Origin: Phaeosaccion multiseriatum
Taxonomy: Eukaryota > Protista > Ochrophyta, other classes
Direction of reading: 5' to 3'
NCBI GenBank assembly: GCA_965112735.1
Contig: OZ218954.1
Location: 930,001 to 994,000, forward strand
Length of the DNA: 64,000 bases
In this document: piece by piece, positions 1 to 16,431 of the stretch
Layout: every line of letters starts with the position of its first letter
Numbering within the stretch: the first letter of the stretch is position 1
Translations under genes and position numbers: made by a program
Notes under the pieces: generated by a model
Told to the model about the DNA's origin: nothing
The model's database searches: none
The model's input: only the letters and a program-made list of their open reading frames with translations

Positions 1-211
1 AACCAACAGAGGAAGTTGTAGTATCACTTCAGCACCCCCCGAAAAAGATAATCCACTGCCGCCAACGGTTCGAAAGGAGTGAACAACAAAGATTTTGATT
101 CAGCCAGATAAGGGGCGGGTTGGTGTACATCGAAAAAGCGGTAGCCCACGCAGAGTTCATGCGGAGGCAAAGGCACCTCCCCTCCCCTCCCCCCATTACA
201 ATATGTACCCA

Positions 212-720
212 CCTGCGAGCTTGAAGGGGATGGTGCTACCTGCCTGCCCATAGGCCTGCCCATATGCCTGCCCAGCCCCGGCCCCAGCCACACCCTCGCT
301 AGGCACTTGCCCTTGCCGGTCCGCGTCGAAGGTGCCCCCTCTGCCCCCCTCCTCCTGCTCACTGTCGCTGCTCGAATCACCGTCGCTGTCTTCGTACACC
401 AGTGCCGCGAGAGAGGACTTGTTGCGATAGCCTCCCCGCCGAAAGGCTCCCCCAGCGACTCCTGGCAGCGGACCCCGACGACGGTCCCCCCACTCGAGTC
501 CGAGGGCTCCTCTTCTCGGGCCCTCGGCACCGCTGCTAGGGCTACTGCTAACGCCGTAGCAGAAGTGCAGTGTCCCGCGGATTCCACAGCTGGTCCTGCT
601 GCTGCTGATGCGCTGCCTATGGTTACCGTTCCCGCTCCGTGGTTGTAGGTCCGATAGAGCTCTTCTCGCGCTGGAGCCCAAGAGGAGCCGCCCACCGCGG
701 CGGCCCACCGCCCTGATCAT
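212..720 (-). CDS. First exon of a hypothetical protein, possibly mitochondrion-targeted; gene likely continues beyond the left edge
   Basis: ATG at 720. N-terminus MIRAVGRRGGRLLLGSSARRALS is Arg/Ser/Leu-rich with no acidic residues, like a presequence. Donor-like CAG|GTGGGT near 212. No domain recognised. Confidence 0.45.
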
Positions 721-1508
721 GACCCCAATCCCTGCTTCTCTCCCCCTCTTCCCTTGGTGCTGCCACTGCTGCGCGCCCTCGTGCCCCCCCCTTTTTGCAA
801 GCCGGAGTCAAGCACAAGGCTGAAGACTGTCAAGCACAAGCCGTTTCCTGCGCAGCTGGACGCGGTGAAGGCGCTTTAGAGAAGCAGTACTCACAGAAGA
901 AGCATAAGCTTGCAATGGTTCTCTTGTCGCCGGCGCTGTTAGGACTGTGAGGTCCGCTTGACTTCAATTCAAAGAAAGGAGTCGAGGAGGTTTCGACAGA
1001 GAGAGCCCCATTCCGGGTGGTTCTTCGTTGCTTATCTGCAAGGAGGGGATGTGTGCGGACAGTAGAGAGGAGAGAGAGAGAGAGAGGGAGGGAGAGAGAC
1101 TGAGAGTAAACTGCGCTTATCCAGCTTTTGTCATTCGTCCCTTCAAGGTTGATGTCTCGCCAGGGAGGGAACGCCGCCATGCAGACGCCCACAGAAGAGA
1201 ACTCTGACAAATACACACACTCCCCTCTTCACTACTCACCCTGGCAGAAGCTACCCCCTTCTCTTGTCCTCCTTTGCTCCTCTCTCTAAGCGTGTCGCAG
1301 AGGTCGCGTCGCCGTTGCAGTTTCAGTTTCAATGCCCCCCGATTGTAGAAGGAATGATCGGAATTAAAAATGAGAAGGAAAGAATGAATACATACATGTA
1401 ATGGATGTTGCTGCGTGAGCGCCGAGTCGGAGTGCTTCAGCGCTGAGGAGGCGGAGAGGGTGGAAGAGCTTTTGCTCTGCGCAGCAGGTCCCCAGAAAGA
1501 GGAGGAAG

Positions 1509-4364
<2,856 letters not shown>

Positions 4365-4666
4365 AGAGAAGGAAGGCAAGGATTGAAGGGGTGTCTTGTA
4401 TGATTCGACAGAAGGAGGGGCGCAAGTCAACGTCACAAGGGGTATGGTCGAATCGGGCACGCGCATGACACGGCAGAAGGGTCAGAGGGGAGGGGTTGCT
4501 TGCTTGGGTGGCGGCGTCAAGTCGTACCCAATTATTGGTGCCTTGGCTCAGCTTAGCCCCCCCCACCTCAACCCACTCACTCTACACGCCGCCGCTCCAA
4601 GTGGGTTTTTGATGTGGGGATGGGAGCTTGACGCCTCCTGCTACTGCTCCATTTGCTGCGTGTATG

Positions 4667-4697
<31 letters not shown>

Positions 4698-5311
4698 CCA
4701 AAAGAGTGTGTGTATTAGCTTCACCTCAACCCCTCCTCCGCAGCAAGAGCACCTCAAGGAGAGGGTGGCTAGGAGATGTCTGGTGCTCGTGGTGGGAAAG
4801 GAATAGAGCGAAAGGGTGTCGATAGCAGCACTTCTCCTATCTCGCGTGGTAGGTAGCGCGGATTCGGTAGCGCGGCTGCTTGGGAAGCCGGTTGGTTCGT
4901 CGAACCATCTGTGATGTTGTTAACCAAGAAGCAGCGACTCGTCCTAAAGTAAGAGACAGAGCGCCCACGAAGCGCAGCCAGCATGGCATGGTCGATGGTC
5001 GAGCCCTCCAGAGGGGTGGGGTGGTGCTGTGTTGGGACGTTCCTTGCCTCCGATCAACTCTTCCACAGGAGAAGCGAGAGAGAGAGAGAGAGAGAGAGAG
5101 CTGCCAAGGAAGAACAGGCGCCCCAAAAGTCGTCAAGAGCGCGCCTTCCTGGGACGGCTCAACCTTTCTGTCATAAGCCAATAAATGCCCTCACAGGACG
5201 GCCGAACACGTGCCAAGCGCTTCCAGCCTGAGTCGCAAGGCGCGCTGCTGCCATGCATCAAGAGGCTGCCATGTATTTACTTGAGAAGTCAAGTCTTTCT
5301 TACCATCATCA

Positions 5312-5344
<33 letters not shown>

Positions 5345-5361
5345 TTAAGTACCTGCCCTCT

Positions 5362-7133
5362 TCAGGCACCACCAGGTGAGGAGGGCTGGGGAGGAGGAGT
5401 ACCCCCGCCATCACCATCACCAAAGCCCAACCCAGACGATGACAGGGAAGGAGAGGAAGAAGAGGGTCCCGCCCCCCCCGGCATCTCCCCCCGTCGTGTA
5501 GGAGTAGTAGACAGAGGAAGAGATAGAGACGACACCGACTCCGTCAAGCCCTGTCTCAGCCGCCCACCCCCGTCTCCAGACCCGGATCCTTCAGGAGCCG
5601 ATGAGGCCACCATTGCTGCCAGCTCCACTTCCTCCATGTGCTGCTGCTGCGCGATGGCGTGAAGCAGAGACGCCTCTACGTACGGTGCCGCCATGTCACT
5701 CTCAGCGCTCTGCGTACTCTCCATAGAAGCGTTCAGATCCACCGAAGCAACCGCAACTCCACCCTCAGCCTCGCGTGTTGGAATCCGCGCCATCGTCGCC
5801 GTCGCCAGCTTGGGGGACTCGGGAGACTCCTTCCACGGCATAACAAGTTCCTGCGCTGTATCACCAACTGCTACTGCTGCTGTTGCCGCCGCCGCTGATG
5901 CTCGATCACCAACTGCTGCTGCTGCTGCTGGTGGTACTGCTGTATCACCAGCTGCTGCTGCGGCTGTTGTTGCTGCCGTATCACTCACTCTTACTGCTCC
6001 TCCTACTCCTCCTTGGACCCCCATCCCTCTCTCTCTCTCCTCCTTCTCTGCTGCTGCTTGCAACAGGGCCGCTGCAGTTGGCGACAGCGCCGCTCCCCCG
6101 GGCATCGAAGCGGCCAAGGCGCTCAGGGAAGAAGACAATGAAGAAGAGGAGGGGCGGCGGTGGTGCGGATGGGAAGATTCTCTTTGAGCAGGTGGTGGTC
6201 TGCGTGAAGCAAGAGCTGCGGGAGATGGCGCCGCTGCTTCCTGCTGTATGGCAGCCCCATTCTCCTTGGCAGCTTCCTCGTCCTCCCTCCCCTCCTTTGC
6301 TGCTTCCACCTCGTCCTCGTCCTCCTCCTCCTCCTCTACTCCTCCTTCCAAGATGTTGGCTGCGGCGACATCAGCACCACCCGGCGGCGCCACTGCAACC
6401 GTATCACCAACTGCTACTGGTGCTACTGCTGCTGCTACTCCTACTCCGTCTCCAGCTGCCTCTGTCGCTGTTTCTTGTCTTCTCAAGACCCCCCCTTCAC
6501 CTCGAGTATCGCCACCCCGCCTCGCCACAACGGCATGCTCCTCGACGCAAGCTCGAACGCTCGAAGCTACATTAGCAGTTGGTGCTACAGCAGCAGCAGG
6601 GAGCAAGGCGTCTGGTCGACGCTGTTCAGGGCCGCGACTTGCCGCGGCATGGCTTGCAAGGCCAATTGCTGTGTCACCAACTGTTACACTTGCCGGATGA
6701 CTAGCAGCGCCCGTTGCTTCTACTTGTACTGCTGCTGGTGCTTCTACTGCTGTTGGTGATGCTGCTGCAGGTGCTGCAGAAACTGCTGCTCGTGCTAATG
6801 GCGGTGGTGGTGGCGTTGTTTCTGCCGCTGCTTCTCCCGTTGCTGCTGCTGCCGCTGCTGTTGGTGCTGCTACCGCTGCTGTTGGTGCTGCTACCGCTGC
6901 TGTTGGTGCTACTACCGCTGCTGTTGGTGCTGCTACCGCTGGTGCTGGTGCTACTACCGCTGCTGCTGTTGGTGCTACAGCTGCTGCTGCCGGTTGTGCT
7001 GGTGCTGGGGCTTCAGATGCGGCGCCGAAAGCGTCATCAAAGGCTGCCCACCCCACATCCACGTGAGGAGAAGGAGCCGCAGCCGGCACCGCAGACCCAG
7101 TCGCAGGTAGTGATACAGCAGGCGGTTTAGCCC

Positions 7134-7177
<44 letters not shown>

Positions 7178-8024
7178 ATCTTGCGAGGGTCGCCCTTGTG
7201 AGTAGACCGAGGAGGAGGCGGCAGCGCCTGTGGCCCTCCTTCACCGGCACGCGGGAGTGGAAACCCCACGGGAGTATTGCCCGGTGTGGCAAGTCCGGCG
7301 GCTGATAATGCAGCAGCAGTAGCTCCTCCCGATAAGGAAGCCTTTCGTGGATCCTTGGTCCTCAGAGCGGCCTTTCGAGGATCCTCTTGCTTAAGCCCCC
7401 GGCTGGTACCCAAGGACAGACCACCACCTCCTCCTGCTGCTCCTCCTGCTGCTGCTGTTCCTGCTCCTCCTGTCCCTGCTATTGGTAGTGCTGAAGCCGA
7501 AGGAGGCTGTCCAGCAACGCTCACGTCAAAGCTTGCCTTCCACTCCCCCGCACCTTCACTCCCACTCCCGCCACTCCCGCTGCTGGTCTCGCCAAAGCCC
7601 AGCACCAGCCCTCCTGTACCACCAACTGACGTACCACCAATTGCTGCTGTATCACCAGCTGCCACACCTCCCCTACTGCCTCTCCTCTTGCTGCTCCCAC
7701 CCGTAGAAGGCGGAGAAGGTAGACCGAAAGCAGCGCCTCCGAATGGTTGAGTGGGTCCCGCCGCAGGGGCCACCGGCACTGTACCAGCACCAGCACCCGC
7801 ACCAGCCGTTGGTGCTACAGCAGCAGACATGTGGGCAGGAGCACCAGAAGCAAAGGTTGACCCCCCTAGGGATTTCTTACGTGGGTCCTTACGTGGGTCC
7901 TTACGTGGGTCCTTACGTGGGTCCTTACGCGCAGCTCCATCCCGCGGCGCAGACAAGAAAGCGGTCGAGGAGGCAGCGGTGGGAGCTGCGGCCAAAGGGG
8001 GGGTGGTGGCAGGTATACTTCCTC

Positions 8025-8058
<34 letters not shown>

Positions 8059-9394
8059 ATCATCAACGGCTGCAGCTGTCCTTCCTCCTCCTGTGGGGGC
8101 AATCAGCATTGGCGACGACCCTGCCCGAGCACGTAGTCCCGCGCCAGCCCCCGTCCCCACTGACAGCCCTGCTGACCCCAGCCCATCGCCTCTACCTCCT
8201 CCTCTTCCTCCACCTGCCCCTCTGTCACGAATGACCAGTCGCCGCCCCCTCTTGGTCTCTGCAATTCCGAGGCAGTTCTCCTTCCAATCGGACAACTCCA
8301 GACTGCTTCGTCTCGACGCCCATACTCGGATCTGTTCATGCATTCAAAGAACGACAGCACGACAACACACCGCAGAACAAAAACGAACAACATACGAACG
8401 AAAGGAAGTTCGAAGTGAGAAATGCTCCCTCCCTCCCTACCTACCTACCTCCCTACCTCCTCCCCTCCCTCCCTCCCTCCCTCCCTACCTACCTACCTAC
8501 CTACCTACCTCCTCCCCTCCCTCCCTCACCCCTCACACGCACTCACCTCAGTCACTCGACCTTCAGCCCAGTCCGGGGCAATAGCCATTTTCGACACCGC
8601 AGCATCCACTCTGCAACCCTTCGCAGCCGCCAGCACCAACCCCCCCGTCCTAACACCTGATACCTCCCCTCCCCCCCCTCCTCCTCCTCCTCCTCCTCCT
8701 CCTCCAGCAGCAGAGCCCAGCACCCCCCCTACCGTCCCTACTCGGGAGAAGTCGCAGCTCCCTCTGCAGACCTCCACGGCGTCCACGCTGACGCTGACCT
8801 CTGCTTGAGAGTCGCCTCTGGAGGAGTCGATGCTCCAGGCAACATGAGTCCATTTGCCTGAGGGAGTGAGGGAGTGCGTGAGTGAGTGAGTGGGTGAGTG
8901 AGTGATGAGTGAGGGAGGGAGTGAGGGAGGGAGGGAGTGCGTGAGTGAGTGAGTGGGTGGGTGAATGAGTGAGTGAGTGAGTGAGTGGGTGAATGAGTGA
9001 GTGAGTGAGTGAGTGAGTGGGTGAATGAGTGAGTGAGTGAGTGAGTGAGTGAGTGAGTGAGTGAGTGGGTGAATGAGTGAGAGGGTGGGTGAGTGAGGGA
9101 GTGAGTGCGTGAGTGCGTGAGTGGGTGAATGAGTGAGAGGGTGGGTGAGTGAGTGGGGTGAGCGAGTTGGTGAGTGCATTAGCGAGTGAATGAGTAAGGG
9201 TGGGAGGGAGGGAGGGAGGGAGTGAGTGAGTGAGTCGGTGGGTTAAGGAGTTAGGGAGTGTGGGTGAGTGGGTGAGGGAGTGCATGGATGGGTGAGTGGG
9301 TATTTTTGTTACGTATTTCAACTCCTTCCAGCACCAACCAACCAACCAGCCCACCAACCCACCCACCACCAAACCAAAGAGACACAGACAGACT

Positions 9395-9430
<36 letters not shown>

Positions 9431-12400
9431 CACAGGCAAACAAACCAAGTCGTCGCTCCTCTCTCCTCTTCTCTCCTCCCCCCCCCCGGGTCCCCTCTCC
9501 CACCCCCTCTCTCACCTCTTGTCACCACCCCCACTCGTGACTCCAAGGGCAGCCCTCCCCCCGGAAGGCGCAACTGCCCTCCTCTTCCCCCTCCCCCCTC
9601 CTCCTTCCTCCCCTCCTTCCCTCTGTCTGCTTCTACCGCCGATGGCTTGTGCTTAAGGAGATGACGCGGCGACGGGCCAGGCACGAACACTACACGCCCA
9701 TCCGCCTCCGCGACTAACGACCACCACATGTGGGGCACAGGTGTATCACCAACTGCTCCATCACCACCACCTGCTGCGACTGCTGCTGGTGATGGGTCGG
9801 GGCCGAGGGTGGGCGAGTACCGACAGGCCAACACCTGATACGCAAGTGCTGTACCACCAACTGCTGCCCCTGTCCCTGCCCCTTCTCCTTGGGTATCCCC
9901 TTCCATCCTACCCAAGTGCACCCACATCTCCATGGTCGCTATATGCCGATTGGAGTCGTCGTGAAACAGGCCCAAGTCCATGCTGCACCCCCGGGGTACT
10001 TCGAGGAATAGACCCCTTGAGAGAAACATCATTGGCGACGACTCAGAGGAGGAAGAGGAGCCCTGTTGTTGGAGGACCAACTGCTTTGCTTGTGTTGGGC
10101 CAAAGATGAGATCGAAAGCCTCTGCCACTTTGCCTTCCTGCCCCTGGTCCACAGGGCAGGAGGTTTCCGCAGTCGAGACGTTTGACCCCTTCACCTTTGC
10201 TTCGTTTCCAAACTTGCTGAGGTCCCTAAATACCACAGATGACAAATCTGCTTGCTGGTGCACCACCTCCTTCTCCTCCCCTGCAGCAGTAGCAGCAGCA
10301 GCGGTGGCAGCAGTGAGGAGCTCTCTCCCCTCGCTGAAGCGCCAGTACGCACACACGTTTCCCTCCGGCTTCACCTTGTCTCCGCCAACCTTTGCCCACG
10401 GCTGTACCACCAACTGCTGTCCTTGGCCCGGCTGCTGACCAACCTGCATCGCACCCATACCCCCCCCCAAGCCCCCTCTTCCTCCCTGCTCCATCACCAA
10501 CTGCTCCACCGCCTGGACTCCACCGTTGACACTGCTGCCGCCTCCCATCCCCCCCATTCCTCCCACTGTCGCTGCCGCTGCCGCTCCCCCACCCACGCCT
10601 TCCCCCCCTGCCCCCCCGCCGACAAGCTCCAGACATTCTGGCCGCAACCGCCCGATCCAGTGCTCGGGAGCGAAGAGTGCCAGCGGTCGCAGTCCCACAG
10701 ATGGCGACTGGCTCTCCCAGCTCCGAGGGGGCAGCCGTCCCTGCTGCTGCTGCTGCTGCTGCTGCTGCTTGTCATCCACTGCCGTCCTCTCCATCTCCAT
10801 ACAGGGGTGCCGCCCCCCGGGAGGCTGTGGTGGCACGGGAGGCAGGGGGCAGTCCGGCAGCAGCGAGCTCCGTCGGAAGACCACATGGAGCTGCTCTGCC
10901 ATCGTCATGAGGGGAACGTTCACAGCGGCCGCTGCCCCTGCCCCTGAGGATGAGCGGCCCAGCAGCACTCGGAGGGTGGCGCAAACAAGCTTGCTCATGT
11001 TCTCTCCCGAGGCGCTTTTGCTCGCCTCCAGCATCTGACACCCAACATCTCGAAGAATGGGGTCCCCTTCCCTACCCTCCTCGGGTAGGCGGAGAAGCTC
11101 CAGGAGGAGGCCTTCATCGTCGCCCGCCAAGTCGTACAGACGAAGAGCGTCCTCGTGCTCACCTAGGGGGTGTGCGGGTGTTAAAAGAGGTCAGAGAGTG
11201 AAGTGCATGTGGGCAGCAAGAGGCATGCCCGGGGTTAAATACCGTTACAGCCGTTACATGCTGCCACGTTTCTCCTCTCCACCCTTGACAACTGGCACCT
11301 TCGCATGCTTCTCTCTCTCTGTCTCTCTGTTCCTCTCTCTCTTTCTCTCTCTGTGTGTCTGTCTCTCTCTCTGCCTCTCTCTCCGTTATCTCCCTCTCTT
11401 CCATCTCCATCCCTCCCTCCCTCAATCCCCCTTTACTCTCTCTTTTTCGTTCTCTCCCCTCCCTCTTTCTCTCCCTCCCTCTCCCCCTCCCTCTCCCTCT
11501 CCCTCCCCCCCTCACCCCCTCCTCTTCATCCTCCTCACTCACCCCTTCGACTGCACTGCTCTGCCAAGCTCGCTATGCCCTCTGCCAACCCACACCCGGG
11601 GCGGGGGAGGACTGCCGAGTTTAGCACCCTTGGGTCCGAGGCGTATTCGAGAAGGTCAGGGTCGTCGCCAATTAGCTCGAGAGCTGCGGAGAACCACATA
11701 CCCAGGCTTGCCATACACTGAGAGCGAAGGGCGGAGCGTATCCACGGCCGCAGACTGAGTTGGTTATGATTCAATATATTATATATGTGTGTATATATAC
11801 ATATATAATATATGGTTTGATTTGGGTCGTTTGAGTCACGCGTGAATGTGTGAGAGGGGGAGAGGAGGTGAGGCGAGGGGGGGGGGGGGGAGGGGAAGGG
11901 GAGGGGGAGAGAAAAGTGGGCAGGGAGGGAGGGAGGTAGGGAGGGAGAGAGACAAAAGGGAGGGACGCGGGGAGAGAGAGAGAGAGAGTGAGAGGGAGAA
12001 GTGGGGACGTGGGGGCAGGGCGGGAGAGGGGTAGAGGGGTGAGGACGGCAGTGAGTATATGGAGGGAGAGCGAATGAATATCAAATCAAGGATCGATAAG
12101 GAAGCCTGCGACGGACCAGAGCAAGAGAGGGGCGGAATCTCTCCCCAACGAAAGATTTCGAACTGAAACGGACGGAAAAAGAGAGAGACTGAAAACAAAA
12201 ACACATCCGAACCACAACCCAATGTGACTCCCTCCCACACAAAAAATATAATACCCACCGACTCATTCACTTCACTCTTCCTCCCACACATCACCTCCCC
12301 CACTCACCCACTCACGTCTCTACCACGCCTCACCCCACTCGTCCCATCGCCATCCCCCCCCCCCTTCTTCTCCCCTCCCCTCCGTTCCCCTCTCCAACCC

Positions 12401-15400
12401 CCACTCCTCCACCCACCCACCCACCCCCCCCCCTCTCTCCTCCACTTACCGGAAGAATGACGCCCCATCCGCACTACGACTACTTCCATCCCCCGCCCCC
12501 ATACTCGCCACCGCCACCGCCAGGCCGGCAACATGCGCAGCAAGGCCAGGCAACCTCCATCGCTTCAGCAGCTCCACAGTAGCCGAGGTCACACCGGCAT
12601 TCACGCCTACACCAGTCCCCTCGTCGCTTACTCGCCTCCTGACAGGAGGGGTGTAGCGGTAGATGACTTGCTTCAGCACCTGGAGAGTCTTCTCGGGTAG
12701 GAGGTCCGCCCCGTCAACCTCCGTCTCCTCCTCGTCGCCTCCTCCTCCTCCTCCTCCTCCTCCTCCTCCTCCTCCTCCCAGCAGGCTGGCACCGCTTGGC
12801 TGCTGCACCACCAACTGCCGCTGTTGCCGCTCCTTCTCCTTCTCCATCCGCTTCGCAAGCACCGCCCTCTGAACCCACGAACACTCCATCGTGAGGGCAG
12901 TCGCCTCCACTGCAGCCACCGTGGTCGCCGAAGTAGTCGCCTTCTTTGACCCGTTGGGTCGTGCAGCCACTGACAAAAGCCCTGTCACAAGCGGCTCCAA
13001 GGGAAGGAGCAAGCGGCTGGCCACGTGCGTAAGCCCCCCCCCTCCGGGCCCGGCTCTGCAAGCAAACACGACGCGGTCGGGGAAGAGGGCGATAAGCACC
13101 ATGCCCCCGCCTCGAGACAGACCCCGATCCACGGCGGCAAGAGGCCTGGGCACTGCTTTCGCGGCTGGTGCGGCAGTTGGTGATACACGACTACCACCAT
13201 CACCACCACCACCAGCAGCAGCGGCAGCAGCAGCAGTAGCACCCCCTCCCTCTGCGGAGGGTGGGACTGTGAGGTAGACGATGGAGCCGTCCTCCTGCGT
13301 AGCCACCACCGCTGCCCCGAGCCACGCGATGCTCACGATACATGCAGACAATCGCCCCCGGCCGCAAACAGCCCCAGTCCCAGCCGAGGAGGAGGAGGAG
13401 GATGAGGAGGATGAGGAGGAGGAGGAGGAGGATGAGCGGAGGGCTTCGGCAGCCGCTTTGACGGGACACATTGGCACGTCGTGATGGTGGTGCATGAGCA
13501 TGTGCTCGTTCATGCTTCCTTCCCCTCCTCCTCCACCGCCACCACTTGAATCACCAACTGCCCCACTTGTACCGTGCATGGTCTGACTCAGCACCCTCAA
13601 CGCCGAGGCTGCCACGATGAGAACTCTGCAATTCGTCAGCACCGCCATCATCACCGCGCCGCCCCCCCCCTCTCCTCCTCCTCCTCCTCCTCCTCTTCCT
13701 CCTCCAGCACCACCACCACCACCACCACCACCACCACCACCACCACCAGCAGCAGCAGCAGCAGCAGCACCAACACCAGCGCGGCCACTACAGTGGCCGT
13801 AGCCCCAAACACCTCTCTCATAGGGCCTGGATATGGACAAGGCCTGCCACACGACGTCAAGCACCTTCTCCCCGGTCCAGAGCTCGAGACGTGGCCCCTG
13901 GTAGGGAGGCACAGGTGGCAGCCCCAGCCTCCCTCCTCCTCCTCCTGCTGCTGCTGCTGTATCACCAACTGCTGCCAATGGTGCTGTATCACCAACTGCT
14001 GTGGGTAGTAGGAGGGGCGTGTGCACATGAGCAAGAGTTGCTGCTGTCGCCCCCCAAGCCCCCTTGGTCCCCCGGTCTGTGTTGCTGAGATCTGGACAGC
14101 TGGTTGCCCCTGCCTCGCTGTACACAAGCGTTTGCGTGTAGTCTCCTTCCCATTCCTCCTCTTCATTGTTGCCTCCTCCTCCTCCTCCTCCTCCTCCTCC
14201 TCCTCCTCCTCCTCCTTGCTCTTGCGGCTCCTCCTGTCTCCTCTTGCGCTCAACAACGAACAGCACCAAGCCCCTCCTCTTGCGCTCACCCAAGCTCGCA
14301 GGAGTCGCAAAGACACGACGAGCCGGCAAGGAAAGCGGCCTCGCTCCCTCGCTCCGCAGGCTTGGAAGGGCGAACATGGACACTCGATAGCCAAAAGTGT
14401 CCAGGACCAGCAGCTGCTCCTTGCCTCGTGCGTCGAGGACGAAGCACCCGTCATGGGCAGCAATGAGCCTGCTGCTGCCGTCCCCATCTCCCTCCCCATC
14501 CACATCGTCGCCATTTGTGACCGCACCGGCGAAGGTGGTGGTGCCATTGCTACTCTTCCCATTCCCCCCACCTCCCCCACCAGTTGGTGATACAGTAGCA
14601 GCGTCGTACTCTGGCGGCGTCACGAGGCCACAGACAGTGGGGGACGCAAGCGACGCCGCGAAAGAACGCGATGGGCGCAGCGGCCTCCGCTCTCCTCCTC
14701 CTGCTCTTGTACCACCAACTGCTGTACCACCACCACCACCACCACCACCATCCGAGGGCGGGTAGATCTCATACAGCACCAGAAGCCGACGCACATTGAC
14801 GCTTGGCCCCTTGGGGGCCGATTGGACGAGTCGAAATGGCACCAAATGGCCGCTTAGGAACGGTTGTGGAGTACTCGAGAGCGCCCCTCCCTCCTCCTCC
14901 TCCTCCTCCTCCTCCTCCTCCTCGTTCTCCTCCTCGTTCTCGTCCTCCTCCTCCTCCTCCCCCCCAATATCATCTTCTCCTGCTGACACGCGGCCAACCC
15001 CCCTGGGTGTGGTGGCGTTGGTGGTACCCTTCTTCTTTGTCGGCGTCGCCTTCTTCTTGATCTTCTTCTTCCTCCTCTTCCTCCCCTTGGTCGCCCCACC
15101 CCCCCCCAACTCATCGCTCGTGTGCCCATACAACGATGTCACGAGTTGTGGCCTGGCTCGGTCCTTCATGGACTTGTCTCTCTCCAGCGACTGGCTGAAA
15201 AGGTCCGTCTTTATGAGAGGCACGTCGCTCCCTCCCCCTGCTGCGAGCTTGAACAGCTCAGGTATGCACCGTACAAACCACACCGAAAGGGGTAGCGGCA
15301 GAAGCGGAGTCGCTGAAGGCAATGGCAAAGGCAGTGAAGCAGCCTTCGAAGAAGAAGAAGCAGGAGGAGGAGGAGGAGCCTTCGCGAAGAGCCCTTCGGT

Positions 15401-16393
15401 GTACACAGAAGGAGGTACAGCGAGGCCAGTTGTGAGTATGCGGTGCCGCGGACGGCTCAGCACCGGACTCGGCTCCAGCACGAGGCACAGCAGAGGTGAG
15501 AACCCCTCGTCGCCGGAGGTGGGCACATTGGCAAACAGCCGCCCACTTGCCGTGTTGACACACAAGCGCAAGCCCTTACTGCCGGTACCGGTGGTGACGG
15601 TACTGCTTCCTACGGCAATACCGCCCCCTCGGCTCCCCCCTCCCCCCCCTCCCCCTCCTGCTCCTCCTACTCCTCCTGCCCCACCACCGCCGCTCATGGT
15701 GGACGGCGGGGCGGCAGACAAAGACGTCCTTCTGCGGTGGTGCTTGTCGTCTCTCTCGCTCTCTCGACGGGCCGCTCGTCTCCGTCGGGCTTGGAAGCGG
15801 CGATGGAAGCTACTCAATAGCGAGTGGGGCTTACTCACACACGGCAAGGCCTTGTCGAGAAGAGAGAAGGTCGTCACGGTAGCCTGGCGTGCTGCTGTAT
15901 CACCAACTGCTGATGCAGATACAGATGATGACGGCGATGCCCTTGATCGCCTGGGGCAGAGGGTGACCACAAGCACCACAGCCTCGGAGGGATGGAAGAC
16001 GGCCCCTGTCACCACATCACCCGTCTGTGTGATGCTCCTCCTCCTCCTCCATCCACTGCCATCTCCGCCTCCTCCTCCAACACTTCCACTGCCACCACCA
16101 CCGCCATTAAAGTCTCCACTCTTAGCAAACCCCCCACTACGACTAGCACCTCCACCAGCGTCCAGAGGAGAGGAGAGTACCCCCCCCCCTGCAACTTCGT
16201 GACTTTCCCACTGCCCCCCTCTCCATCCAAACGGGCGGATGGTCTTCGCTCCTCCCGTCCTTCCTCCTCCTGCAGGGCCCTCCACCATCAACGTCCAGTC
16301 TCCGCGGGGGTCAATACCCTACGGGGTTGGGAGGGGAGGAGAAGGAGAAGGAGGGAGGGATGGGTGAGAAATTGAGAACTCAAGTGAGGAGAG

Positions 16394-16431
<38 letters not shown>

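Noticed and set aside
14796-16202. Long plus-strand ORF (468 aa) and similar antisense ORFs (16887-17780, 57056-57880, 58835-59662)
   Set aside because: These are shadows of GC-rich, trinucleotide-repeat exons on the opposite strand.
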